This document shows positions 40,463 to 48,271 of a stretch of 64,000 nucleotides of DNA, in pieces. A program made the translations under genes and the position numbers. Position 1 is the stretch's first letter. Each line of letters starts with the position of its first letter. Source of the stretch: an uncultured virus (IMG/VR IMGVR_UViG_3300043540_000465) (taxonomy: Duplodnaviria; Heunggongvirae; Uroviricota; Caudoviricetes); IMG/VR virus record IMGVR_UViG_3300043540_000465. The stretch is one strand, 5' to 3'. Below the pieces are notes generated by a model. It was not told the DNA's origin. It saw only the letters and a list, made by a program, of their open reading frames with translations, and made no database searches.

Positions 40463-41833
40463 ATGACCAAGAACAAGAAGCTGAAGAAGAAGATCCAGAA
40501 GATGGCAGCCGCCGATCTCGACATCGATGTGCTGCAGTCCAAGCGTGCAGACGAAGTGCCGCCCCCACCGGCGGACGACCATGGCATCGTCACGCCGCCC
40601 GAGTCCGAAGTCACGGCACTACCAGATGACGACGAGTCGTCCGATGACAGCAGCGACGAGAGCGATCAGCTCGCGCCGACCGCCGACGACAGTGACAGTG
40701 ACAGCAACGACGAGGACGACGAGAGCACCGCGGCGGGTCCGACCTACGCCGGTCCCGAGGTGCAGGAAGGCGATCCCAACCAGTCCATGGCGCCGGCCAG
40801 CCCCGCTTCGCCAGGCGCGACGCCTCCGGTCGACCCGGGTGCCGCCAGCGACAGCAGCAGCGACCTGTCGGTTAGCAGCGACGAGATGGGCGCGCAGCAG
40901 CCCGGCGTCGGCGGCCCGACCGACGATCCGACTACGCCGATTCCGGCCGAGGCGGGTGTGGATGAGATGATCATCCATCCCATCGCCGAGGTGCTGAACG
41001 AGAAGACGGCGTCGCTGGAGATGTTCCTGTTCGACGCGCAGGGCAAGAATCCGACGTGGATGGTCATCGCCAACGGCGATCCCTACGCCAAGATCTGCCT
41101 CGCCGATCAGGAGAACCCGGAGCTGATCCGCCAGGCGTTCTGCGCGGACAGCTACGCCGACACCGTCATGGCCAACGCCAAGAAGCTGGGCATGATGACG
41201 GTGCTGGCCGACGTCAAGGCCCGCTTCTACCACGCGCAGATCTTCAAGTCGAAGCTGGCCGAGACCCTCACCAAGAAGATCACGGCGAACGTCGAGAAGC
41301 GCGTCGCCACCGCCAACTATAAGTACAACGAGCGCGTCGCCGAGATGATGCACCTCGTCGTCAAGGCCGCCGCGGTCAACTTCTTCAAGGATCCCGATCC
41401 GTTCAAGGCGGCCATGGTGCAGGTCATGCGCACCGCTGGCGTGGCCGATCCGACCGCCGCCGTCGAGCAGCTGTTCACCACCCACGCGCCCGAGTGGTTC
41501 AAGCGGGTGTTGGCCAAAGCCACCGAGTGGACCACCTTCGCCCCCGACGCCATGAAGCAGATCCGCGCCTCCATCGATGACATGGGCGTGCGCAGCGTCG
41601 ACTACGTCGCCGCCGCCGCGCAGGATGCGCGGGACACCGCGCGCCACGAAGTGGCCGCGCCTACGGCGATGGCGGTAGGCGTGCCGCTGGTCACTCAGGG
41701 GTACCACAGCCACAGCCTCGTGCCGCAGTCGGCCGGGGCGCGCGTGGCCGCCACGTCGGAGGAAGAGCAGCTGCGGCAGCAGTACCGCACGCGGCTCCAA
41801 GGGCTCCGCCAGTCTCGCCGTACCGGCGAGTAG
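40463..41833 (+). CDS. Putative scaffolding protein (acidic disordered N-half, helical C-half)
   Basis: Between protease and capsid genes; AAGGAG RBS; very strong codon bias suggesting high expression. Confidence 0.6.
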   Translation: MTKNKKLKKKIQKMAAADLDIDVLQSKRADEVPPPPADDHGIVTPPESEVTALPDDDESSDDSSDESDQLAPTADDSDSDSNDEDDESTAAGPTYAGPEVQEGDPNQSMAPASPASPGATPPVDPGAASDSSSDLSVSSDEMGAQQPGVGGPTDDPTTPIPAEAGVDEMIIHPIAEVLNEKTASLEMFLFDAQGKNPTWMVIANGDPYAKICLADQENPELIRQAFCADSYADTVMANAKKLGMMTVLADVKARFYHAQIFKSKLAETLTKKITANVEKRVATANYKYNERVAEMMHLVVKAAAVNFFKDPDPFKAAMVQVMRTAGVADPTAAVEQLFTTHAPEWFKRVLAKATEWTTFAPDAMKQIRASIDDMGVRSVDYVAAAAQDARDTARHEVAAPTAMAVGVPLVTQGYHSHSLVPQSAGARVAATSEEEQLRQQYRTRLQGLRQSRRTGE

Positions 41834-41975
41834 GCACCAGGATTTCCAGCTTTACCCCATGTTTGAGCCGCATTACTCGTAAGGCTGAAATACCCACACG
41901 TTACCATCGGCAGCCGCACCGCCTCACCCACTTTACCGTCGTGATTAAGTCGCACGCTCCGTCATGGAGGACCAC

Positions 41976-42734
41976 ATGCTGAATCAAGCTGGGAAGAACA
42001 TCTTTTCGGTGATGCAGGAGCTGCCGCTCTCCGCGGGAGTATCCGAGGTGTTCGAGGGCATGGCCCTCGTCGCCGACAACACCGGAACCGAGGTCTACGC
42101 CAAGCCGTCCACCGGCGCCAAGGGTGAGCAGTTCCTGGGCGTCGCGTTGATCAACGCGCTGAAGGTGGTGGACCTGCCCATCGTCGAATCGCTCATCGCG
42201 GTTCTGCAGCCGCCGGCTGGCCCCAACACGCAGGTCACGCTCAGCCGCTCGCCTACGGGCGCGCCGCCAGAGCTGACCGGCTACGTGGGGACGCCCGCCA
42301 CCGTCGTCACCTTCACCCTGATCTCGGGCACCACCTACCAGACCGATCTCGCTGGCCCAATTCCGGTGCCGGCGGGTACGACGGTGGTGTGCTCGTACAC
42401 CTACAAGCCGACCCTGGCTGAGGTGCTGGCGGTGTTCCACCAGAGCGCCATCAACTTCGAGAACGTCAACGCGCTGCTGTCGCAGATCAGCGTGGGTGGT
42501 GGCGTCAACTCGGAGTTCCAGACCATGCAGTACATCAACACCCCGGGCGTCAACTACACGCTCGGCGGCCCGGTGTACCTGGGACCGAACGGCAAGTTCT
42601 CGGCAGACCCCGGCAGCGCTCCGGCGACGATGGTGGGCATCTGCACCAAGCTGCCGACCCCGTCCACCACGCCGCTGGCGCTCAGCGATGATCGCTACCT
42701 CGGGGTGAAGGTCACCGACGGGATGGGTCCGTAA
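41976..42734 (+). CDS. Head decoration / capsid-associated protein
   Basis: Immediately upstream of MCP. EGMALV...FLGVA...YTLGGPVYLGPNGKF...VGIC...LGV pattern; GGAGG RBS before ATG 41976. Confidence 0.65.
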   Translation: MLNQAGKNIFSVMQELPLSAGVSEVFEGMALVADNTGTEVYAKPSTGAKGEQFLGVALINALKVVDLPIVESLIAVLQPPAGPNTQVTLSRSPTGAPPELTGYVGTPATVVTFTLISGTTYQTDLAGPIPVPAGTTVVCSYTYKPTLAEVLAVFHQSAINFENVNALLSQISVGGGVNSEFQTMQYINTPGVNYTLGGPVYLGPNGKFSADPGSAPATMVGICTKLPTPSTTPLALSDDRYLGVKVTDGMGP

Positions 42735-42754
42735 CGCGAGCTTGGGACAAGGAG

Positions 42755-43894
42755 ATGATGATGAGCTACCAAGTGACTCCCGTAACCAAGAAGAACCTCC
42801 CGGCCCGCCCGATGGCGGCCTCCTTCAATCCCCGCTCCGGGTCGTTCAAGACCTCGGAGCGCGAGCCTGCGTGGAACGACGCCGGCGAGTTCAACGCCAG
42901 CTCCAAGCAGGAGCTGACCACACGCATCGCGCAGATGATCGATGCCTTCCAGAAGGGTGAGCTGAAGACGGCGCATACCGAGGTGGGCGAGCAGGATGAG
43001 GCGCAGCTGCGCGCCGCGGATCTGCAGGAAGCGTACCACGACCCAACCGGGCAGAAGATGAAGGTGCTCGGTGACACCGTGGTTGAGGAGCTGGTCGAAG
43101 TCGGCAAGCGTGAGGGCTTCACGCGCACCCTGTGGGGTGTGCAGCGCGTGCCGCAGGGCCAGGATGGCAAAGTCCGCATCCGCTACAAGCAGGCCGTCGC
43201 CATCATCGCCACTTCCGCCACCACCGTGCGCGCGGTGCGGTGGAAGGAGCGCTACATCCGGCCGCCGGTGTACTACCTCAACGCCAACCTCCTGATCGAG
43301 GACGTCGAGGTTCGCCTCTCCCCCGTAGGCATCATGGAGGAGATGTTCGAGGACGGCCTGGAAGCGCTGATGGTCACCGAGGACAGGCTGTCGATCAAGT
43401 TCCTCAACGCGCTGAACGGCGTCTTCAACGTGCCCATCGGCATTCCCGGCCAGCTGTCGCCAGAGATCTGGGCACGCCTCAAGTCGGGCATCGAAGGCTT
43501 CGGGAACCCCGCGGCCACCGCGTTGATGTCGTACGACTTCTGGCCGGACATCCACGCCAGCACGTCGTTCACCGGCGGCGCCACGGGCGGCGGATACTTC
43601 GATCCGGTCACTAGGTACCAGTTGGTGCTGGAAGGCCGCCTCGGCAGCCTCATGGGCGTCAACATCATCACCGACGCGTTCCGCGAGCCGAAGCTGCGCG
43701 TTCTCACCGAGGGCCAGATCTACATGGTGGCCCCGCCGAACGTCCTGGGCGTCATCACGCAGCACCAGGAGCTGACGCCGTATCAGGTCGACCTGCGCAA
43801 CCAGGGCCAGCCGGTGCAGGGCTGGTTCCTCGAACAACTCCAGGGTCAAATTTGTCAAAATCCGCGCGCCGTGTTTGCGGCGTATCGCGTGTAA
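42755..43894 (+). CDS. Major capsid protein, unspliced form; spliced form joins 42755..43846 to 44200..44247
   Basis: About 379 aa with AAGGAG RBS and strong codon bias. EALMVTEDR, GRLGSLMGVNIITD, GQIYMVAPP and GWFLEQ...NPRAV are HK97-fold-like motifs; head-module context. Confidence 0.85.
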   Translation: MMMSYQVTPVTKKNLPARPMAASFNPRSGSFKTSEREPAWNDAGEFNASSKQELTTRIAQMIDAFQKGELKTAHTEVGEQDEAQLRAADLQEAYHDPTGQKMKVLGDTVVEELVEVGKREGFTRTLWGVQRVPQGQDGKVRIRYKQAVAIIATSATTVRAVRWKERYIRPPVYYLNANLLIEDVEVRLSPVGIMEEMFEDGLEALMVTEDRLSIKFLNALNGVFNVPIGIPGQLSPEIWARLKSGIEGFGNPAATALMSYDFWPDIHASTSFTGGATGGGYFDPVTRYQLVLEGRLGSLMGVNIITDAFREPKLRVLTEGQIYMVAPPNVLGVITQHQELTPYQVDLRNQGQPVQGWFLEQLQGQICQNPRAVFAAYRV

Positions 43895-44199
43895 TGACAT
43901 ACGGCTCCTTTGCGGAGTAATCCGTAAAGCAAACTCGGTGAATTGCTGGAACACCCTGAGAGCCATGAACGCGACAACGCAGCCCGCAAGGGCCAACGTG
44001 AACGCTAAAAAGTTCATGGATTGGGCAATCAGCAGCCAAGCGACCTGGCAACAGGCCGAAGGTTCAACGACTAGAGCGCAAGCTCGTAGGACTCAAGTGA
44101 GTCCGAAGTGCCGAGGCACCCAAAGTGGTGCAAGATATAGTCTCTCCTGCAGCGAAAGTTGCAGAGCCGTTATGGCCACGATAACGGCGTAAGACAGAG
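43847..44199 (+). ncRNA. Group I self-splicing intron (353 nt, no endonuclease ORF) in the MCP gene
   Basis: P AATTGCTGGAA (43941), Q AATCAGCAGCC (~44027), R GTTCAACGACTA (44062), S AAGATATAGTCT (44132). P2 hairpin with GTAA loop, P3 CTCGGTG/TGCCGAG, P7.1/P7.2, P8, P9 with GAAA loop. Upstream exon ends in T and the intron ends in G. Confidence 0.92.
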
Positions 44200-44247
44200 C
44201 AGGTAGCGCAGAATCCGCGCGCGGTCTACGCGGCGTTCCGTGTCTAG
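44200..44247 (+). CDS. MCP exon 2 (QVAQNPRAVYAAFRV*)
   Basis: In frame after splicing at GGT|...G|CAG; aligns without gaps to the intron-encoded tail. Confidence 0.88.
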   Translation, partial: QVAQNPRAVYAAFRV

Positions 44248-44289
44248 CTGACGCGACTGTAGTCCCAACTTTACCTCACTGCCTTACCC

Positions 44290-44328
44290 CCGCAGCCGAG
44301 TACTTGGCGTACTCGGCTGCGGTTGTTT
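44290..44328 (+). terminator. Intrinsic terminator-like hairpin downstream of MCP exon 2
   Basis: Perfect 14 bp stem CCGCAGCCGAGTAC-ttggc-GTACTCGGCTGCGG followed by TTGTTT. Confidence 0.75.
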
Positions 44329-44454
44329 CGACCCTATCTTTGAAGCATGGCACGGCTATCGGTGAGCACAACCTGCTGGGCCTCAGCGCCGCGCACGGCA
44401 CGCTCCTGTGCTTCCCCGGCGTGATGGGTACCGGCGCCCCGCAGGTCGTAGCCC

Positions 44455-44697
44455 ATGGCATGGCCGCCCCAGATCGCGGCGGTCGTGCCGCTACACGCCC
44501 AGGTGGTAGTAGCCCGGGAGGTGGTACCTGATGCGTTCGCGTGGCCCCGCGCTCAAGAACTACTCTGGCTGCTCACCCAGCGCGAGATACTAGTGCTGCT
44601 AAAGACCACCACGGGAAAGCGCTACTTTCTCGGGCCACAAGCCGAGATTGTAGTATTACAGGCCGCGTTGCAACGCTATCAACACGACGCGATCTAG
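44455..44697 (+). CDS. Hypothetical small protein
   Basis: 80 aa ORF with weak support. Confidence 0.4.
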   Translation: MAWPPQIAAVVPLHAQVVVAREVVPDAFAWPRAQELLWLLTQREILVLLKTTTGKRYFLGPQAEIVVLQAALQRYQHDAI

Positions 44698-44715
44698 CAC
44701 CGTATCTTTAGTGCA

Positions 44716-44826
44716 GTGTTTGATCCCACCGGCCTCAAGCTAATGCTGTGCTTCAGTGCCCCGGTAATGGTACTGGGCGTACTGGTATGGAGGCGGCACT
44801 GGTGGGAACATCGGCCACGACACTAG
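44716..44826 (+). CDS. Putative leaderless small membrane peptide (36 aa)
   Basis: GTG 6 nt after TATCTTT; hydrophobic LMLCFSAPVMVLGVLVW followed by a basic tail. Confidence 0.35.
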   Translation: MFDPTGLKLMLCFSAPVMVLGVLVWRRHWWEHRPRH

Positions 44827-44836
44827 GAGAGCGCAT

Positions 44837-45139
44837 ATGCTACCGCCCGTGATCAAGTACGCCAACCACCTGTACGTCATCGCCGTCGACGTGCGCGAAC
44901 GTGTGCAGCAGATCCAGACTCGCATGAAGATCGTGAAGCTGCGGCAGGACATCAGCAAGCTACAGCTGACGCTTGCCAAGACGCCGGAAGCGCAGCAACG
45001 CGTCACCGCGCGGATGCAGAAGCTAGATGAGCGGATGCAGAAGTTGAACGCGCAACTGACCGCCGCCCGCCAGACGCCCATGGATCGGCGCCGGCTGCGG
45101 CGACCAGATGTGCGCCCTCTGCCGCGCAAGAAGCGGTAG
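44837..45139 (+). CDS. Leader-bearing coiled-coil protein (MLPPVIKYANHLYVIA)
   Basis: AGGAG RBS; heptad pattern. Confidence 0.75.
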   Translation: MLPPVIKYANHLYVIAVDVRERVQQIQTRMKIVKLRQDISKLQLTLAKTPEAQQRVTARMQKLDERMQKLNAQLTAARQTPMDRRRLRRPDVRPLPRKKR

Positions 45140-45144
45140 CCCTG

Positions 45145-45436
45145 TTGCTGGATGCCTACCTGTTTCGGGGCGTACGCTACGTGTACGCGGCGACGCTGGA
45201 AGAGCGTCGCCAGTGCATCCAGACCCGCATCAAGATCACCAAGCTGGACACCCAAGCTGCAGCTGACCATTGCTGCCAAGAGCAAAGCCAAAGCCAGCAT
45301 CAACTGCCGCATCGCGCTCCTGAATACGCTACTGCAAGTACTAGCGATTCAGTTGCAGGGACTGCAGCGGCAACGTGAACGACGTACGCATCCCTGCCCC
45401 AAGGGTCCAGTGCGTACGCCAGTAGCCCAACCTTAA
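45145..45436 (+). pseudogene. Frameshifted paralog of 44837..45139 (leader LFRGVRYVYA)
   Basis: IQTRIKITKL and KLQLTIA lie in two frames and match IQTRMKIVKL...KLQLTLA of the upstream gene. Confidence 0.7.
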
Positions 45437-45447
45437 GGAGGTGTTCC

Positions 45448-45855
45448 ATGGTGCGTGGACTGCAGATCACTCTCGTAACGCTACTACTCGCGGTGGGCAC
45501 CACCGGCTGTCCGTGGTGGAAGGAGCACGGCCCGGTAGTCAAGCAGGGCATCGTCGACTGCACGCTCGATGCCGTGAAGAAGGAGGCCCCGCAGTTCGTC
45601 CCGGCGGTGGAAGCCATCCTCCAGGGCAAGGCGCCCAACTGGGAGCAGCAGCTGCAGGCGCTGATCACACTGGGCAAGGAAGCTACGGTGTGCGCCATCT
45701 ACATGGTGTACAACGAGTTCAAGACCAAGGCCACTCCGTCCACGCAGACGGCCAAGGTGTCGCCCGAGAGCGCCAAGCAGATGAAGGCGGCGGCGGAGAT
45801 CGCGCAGATGGCCGAGACCTTCCTGGCCAAGCACAAGTGGCGGCCCAAGCAGTAG
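45448..45855 (+). CDS. Putative lipoprotein
   Basis: AAGGAGGT RBS; signal peptide MVRGLQITLVTLLLAVGTTG-C with lipobox-like Cys. Confidence 0.7.
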   Translation: MVRGLQITLVTLLLAVGTTGCPWWKEHGPVVKQGIVDCTLDAVKKEAPQFVPAVEAILQGKAPNWEQQLQALITLGKEATVCAIYMVYNEFKTKATPSTQTAKVSPESAKQMKAAAEIAQMAETFLAKHKWRPKQ

Positions 45856-45879
45856 CTGCACTGCGTATCTTTGTATAGC

Positions 45880-46281
45880 ATGCAGCCGGTCTACGTCATT
45901 ATCGGCAATCGCCGCTACCGTCGGGCCAGTGCGCCGTCGGTAGTCGAGACGCTTCCGCAGTTGACGCCGTCCGCCATCACCGCGATCACCCAGTTTCTAA
46001 CCCGCACCGCCGGGGGTACCTGGGTAGCCGAGGTGCCACAAGATGATGGCCAGCACACCATTGTGCTGCGGTGGTCGCAACCCAATCACGATCCTACCCA
46101 ACCGCGGGCGTATGGGTTGAAGCTGCACTACCTGCCAGCCCAAGACTGCTTCGACGTCATCGCCTGGTTTATCGACGTCGGCGGGCAACGCCGCGAGCAG
46201 CATCGCTTTCCCCGTCTCACCCTAGCGCAACTGCTAGACCCCAAGGTCACCTTCAACTGGGTGCGCCGCGAGCTGCACTGA
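45880..46281 (+). CDS. Leader-bearing protein (MQPVYVIIGNRRYRRA)
   Basis: ATG 7 nt after TATCTTT, with no RBS. Confidence 0.7.
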   Translation: MQPVYVIIGNRRYRRASAPSVVETLPQLTPSAITAITQFLTRTAGGTWVAEVPQDDGQHTIVLRWSQPNHDPTQPRAYGLKLHYLPAQDCFDVIAWFIDVGGQRREQHRFPRLTLAQLLDPKVTFNWVRRELH

Positions 46282-46292
46282 GGAGCCGGGTC

Positions 46293-46616
46293 ATGACTAC
46301 CCCACCACGAGAACTACACTACCAGAAGCACCGCTATGTGCTCGTGGCCAAGTCGGACCTACTGCCGGCCATCCGCAAGGACACCGGCAAGAAGGTGATG
46401 GTAGCGCCCGAGATCCTCAAGGAGCAGCCGCAGGAGTACGAGCCGCGCAAGTTGTTCCTCGATGCCCAGCACGGGGATGTGGTCACCGAGCGCAATCAGC
46501 GTCACCGCTATCCACCACGGCATCGACACGCTGCTGCACGTCATGGCGAAGAACTCCACGAGTGTACCAAGGTGCACGGCAGGAACCACGACCTGACGCC
46601 TGCGGACACACGATAG
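46293..46616 (+). pseudogene. Degraded paralog of the downstream ankyrin gene (leader MTTPPRELHYQKHRYVLVA)
   Basis: Shares LPAI..KVMV.P..L...P..Y; an out-of-frame DTLLHVMAKNS matches TTPLHTLAKSS. Confidence 0.6.
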
Positions 46617-46625
46617 GAGCCTACG

Positions 46626-47348
46626 ATGTTACCCCTCTACCTCAACTATGGTGGAGAACGCTACGTGCTGGCGGCAGCACGCAAGCTAGTGCCCGCCATC
46701 AAGCTCAAAGACTCACAGGGCCAGCCCATCAACCGTAAGGTAATGGTCTCGCCAGCGACCCTGCAAGCCCATCCCGAAATGTACCGCTTGCGCAGTCTGA
46801 GTTGGGGCGATCTGCACGGTTATGCACAGAGTCACGATGAGCACAAGCAGCTGGAGGCGTTGCAGCACAAGGAAGTGCACCAGCATGCCGACACCAACGG
46901 TACGACACCGTTGCACACCCTCGCTAAGTCGTCTAGCCGCAAAGTGCGCACTAAGGTCATCGCCCATCCCTATGCCCATCGGGTGAAGGACTATCGTGGC
47001 CAGACGCCGCTGCACCATGCGGTGTCGACCGCCGAACCTGCAGTAGAACGCGCAGCGCTGCAGCATCCGCAAGTGGGCCGGGTGCAAGACAATGAAGGCC
47101 GCACGCCACTGCACCTCATGGCCGCACGCCCCCATCGGCCAAGTCTGCAGCGCCACCTACTCCAGCACCGGGACATCAGTCACATTGCCGACAACCGCGG
47201 CAACACGCCGCTGCACAACCTAGCCCGTAGTGCTACCGGCAAGGTGCTGCGGGACATCGTGCAGCACCCGGCAGCCAAGCGCAAGCGCAACGCGGCCGGG
47301 CTCACCGCCGCGGACATCGCCCAGCAGTCACTCGCCCGAGGCGGGTAG
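46626..47348 (+). CDS. Ankyrin-repeat protein with shared leader
   Basis: Four G-x-TPLH repeats plus terminal GLTAADIA; AGGAG RBS. Confidence 0.85.
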   Translation: MLPLYLNYGGERYVLAAARKLVPAIKLKDSQGQPINRKVMVSPATLQAHPEMYRLRSLSWGDLHGYAQSHDEHKQLEALQHKEVHQHADTNGTTPLHTLAKSSSRKVRTKVIAHPYAHRVKDYRGQTPLHHAVSTAEPAVERAALQHPQVGRVQDNEGRTPLHLMAARPHRPSLQRHLLQHRDISHIADNRGNTPLHNLARSATGKVLRDIVQHPAAKRKRNAAGLTAADIAQQSLARGG

Positions 47349-47350
47349 TC

Positions 47351-47806
47351 ATGAACAAGAAACTACGCCAGGAGCTAGGCCCTGTACTGGCTGCAGAGTT
47401 TCGCAAGGCCAGCAAGCAAGCACAGGCGGATATCCGAGGACAGATCGCAGAAGTCATCGCCGATGTGCTAGCTAATCATGCTCAGCAGCTGCTAGATACC
47501 CTCAAAGAGCGGCATGGGGACGTGGGCCTGACCAAGGCCCTGCCGTTTGTGCATGAGTGGGCGGTGCATCAGGCGAAGCAAGTGCTGCAGGACCGCGAGG
47601 TACTCGTTAGCGATGTGCAGCATATTATACACGGTACCCGACCCCCCACCACTACGGCCGCGCAGCAGGCGCAACAGCAGCAAGTGGTCACCCGGCACGC
47701 TACTGCCGCTACGCTACAGGATGTCGCACACTACCTGCGGCAGCGGGGTGATCTGCGTCGCGCGCAGCGCGTCGGTCGAGTAGCCAAACTGCTAATGCAC
47801 TTGTAA
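47351..47806 (+). CDS. Hypothetical helical protein
   Basis: 151 aa ORF starting 2 nt after the previous stop. Confidence 0.65.
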   Translation: MNKKLRQELGPVLAAEFRKASKQAQADIRGQIAEVIADVLANHAQQLLDTLKERHGDVGLTKALPFVHEWAVHQAKQVLQDREVLVSDVQHIIHGTRPPTTTAAQQAQQQQVVTRHATAATLQDVAHYLRQRGDLRRAQRVGRVAKLLMHL

Positions 47807-47827
47807 AGAGTGGCCAAGGAGGCAGCT

Positions 47828-47986
47828 ATGTCGAAGAAGACCAACAGGAACCTCGTCAAAGCGCGTGATCGAGTCGCGAGTGATCTGCAGAAGATCCACC
47901 AGGTGCTGAGCCAACGGGCGGGCGCCGAGGCCCTCGCGAAGCAGGCCAAGGACACGCTACGTTCCGTCAAGAAGATCGCTCGATAG
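47828..47986 (+). CDS. Small basic protein (52 aa, MSKKTNRNLVKARDRVAS...)
   Basis: AAGGAGG RBS; below the ORF-track length cut-off. Confidence 0.65.
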   Translation: MSKKTNRNLVKARDRVASDLQKIHQVLSQRAGAEALAKQAKDTLRSVKKIAR

Positions 47987-48052
47987 TTCCCCACCGCTAC
48001 ATCTCCTTCTCATATCTTTATCTAGCTACCAACTTTTCCTGCGGAGGTTACC

Positions 48053-48265
48053 ATGCCGGACAAGCCCAACGTCTATACATTGCGACGCAATGACGTCGAT
48101 GGTGCACTAGCCTTCATCGAACAGCACTGGGGCAACCTGCGGCCGGAGGATTTCTCCGTACTACGGCAGTTGCAAACCAATCCCACCGAGTACTTGCGGC
48201 GCCTCGACGTGCTGAAAAAGAAGCTGCTGGCCCTCAAGGGCAGTCCACTACGCCGTCGGCGATGA
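48053..48265 (+). CDS. Hypothetical small protein
   Basis: GGAGGT RBS; TATCTTT upstream. Confidence 0.65.
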   Translation: MPDKPNVYTLRRNDVDGALAFIEQHWGNLRPEDFSVLRQLQTNPTEYLRRLDVLKKKLLALKGSPLRRRR

Positions 48266-48271
48266 GGGTAC

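Noticed and set aside
43875..44192. 105 aa ORF overlapping the MCP end, as a possible intron-encoded protein
   Set aside because: No nuclease motif and no RBS; it runs through the conserved ribozyme core, so it is probably incidental.
43847..44247. Duplicated MCP tail as a DGR template/variable repeat or an att-site duplication
   Set aside because: No reverse transcriptase or integrase in the window, differences are not adenine-specific, and the intervening DNA is a group I ribozyme.
44710..44826. Possible structured ncRNA (CCCACC/GGTGGG and CAGTGCC/GGCACTG pairings)
   Set aside because: Short pairings are expected at this GC content, and a small hydrophobic ORF explains the region equally well.
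2160..47808. CTTGTAAAG at 2160, 10791 and 47800 as a second promoter motif
   Set aside because: Only three copies, one overlapping a stop codon; too few to support without statistics.
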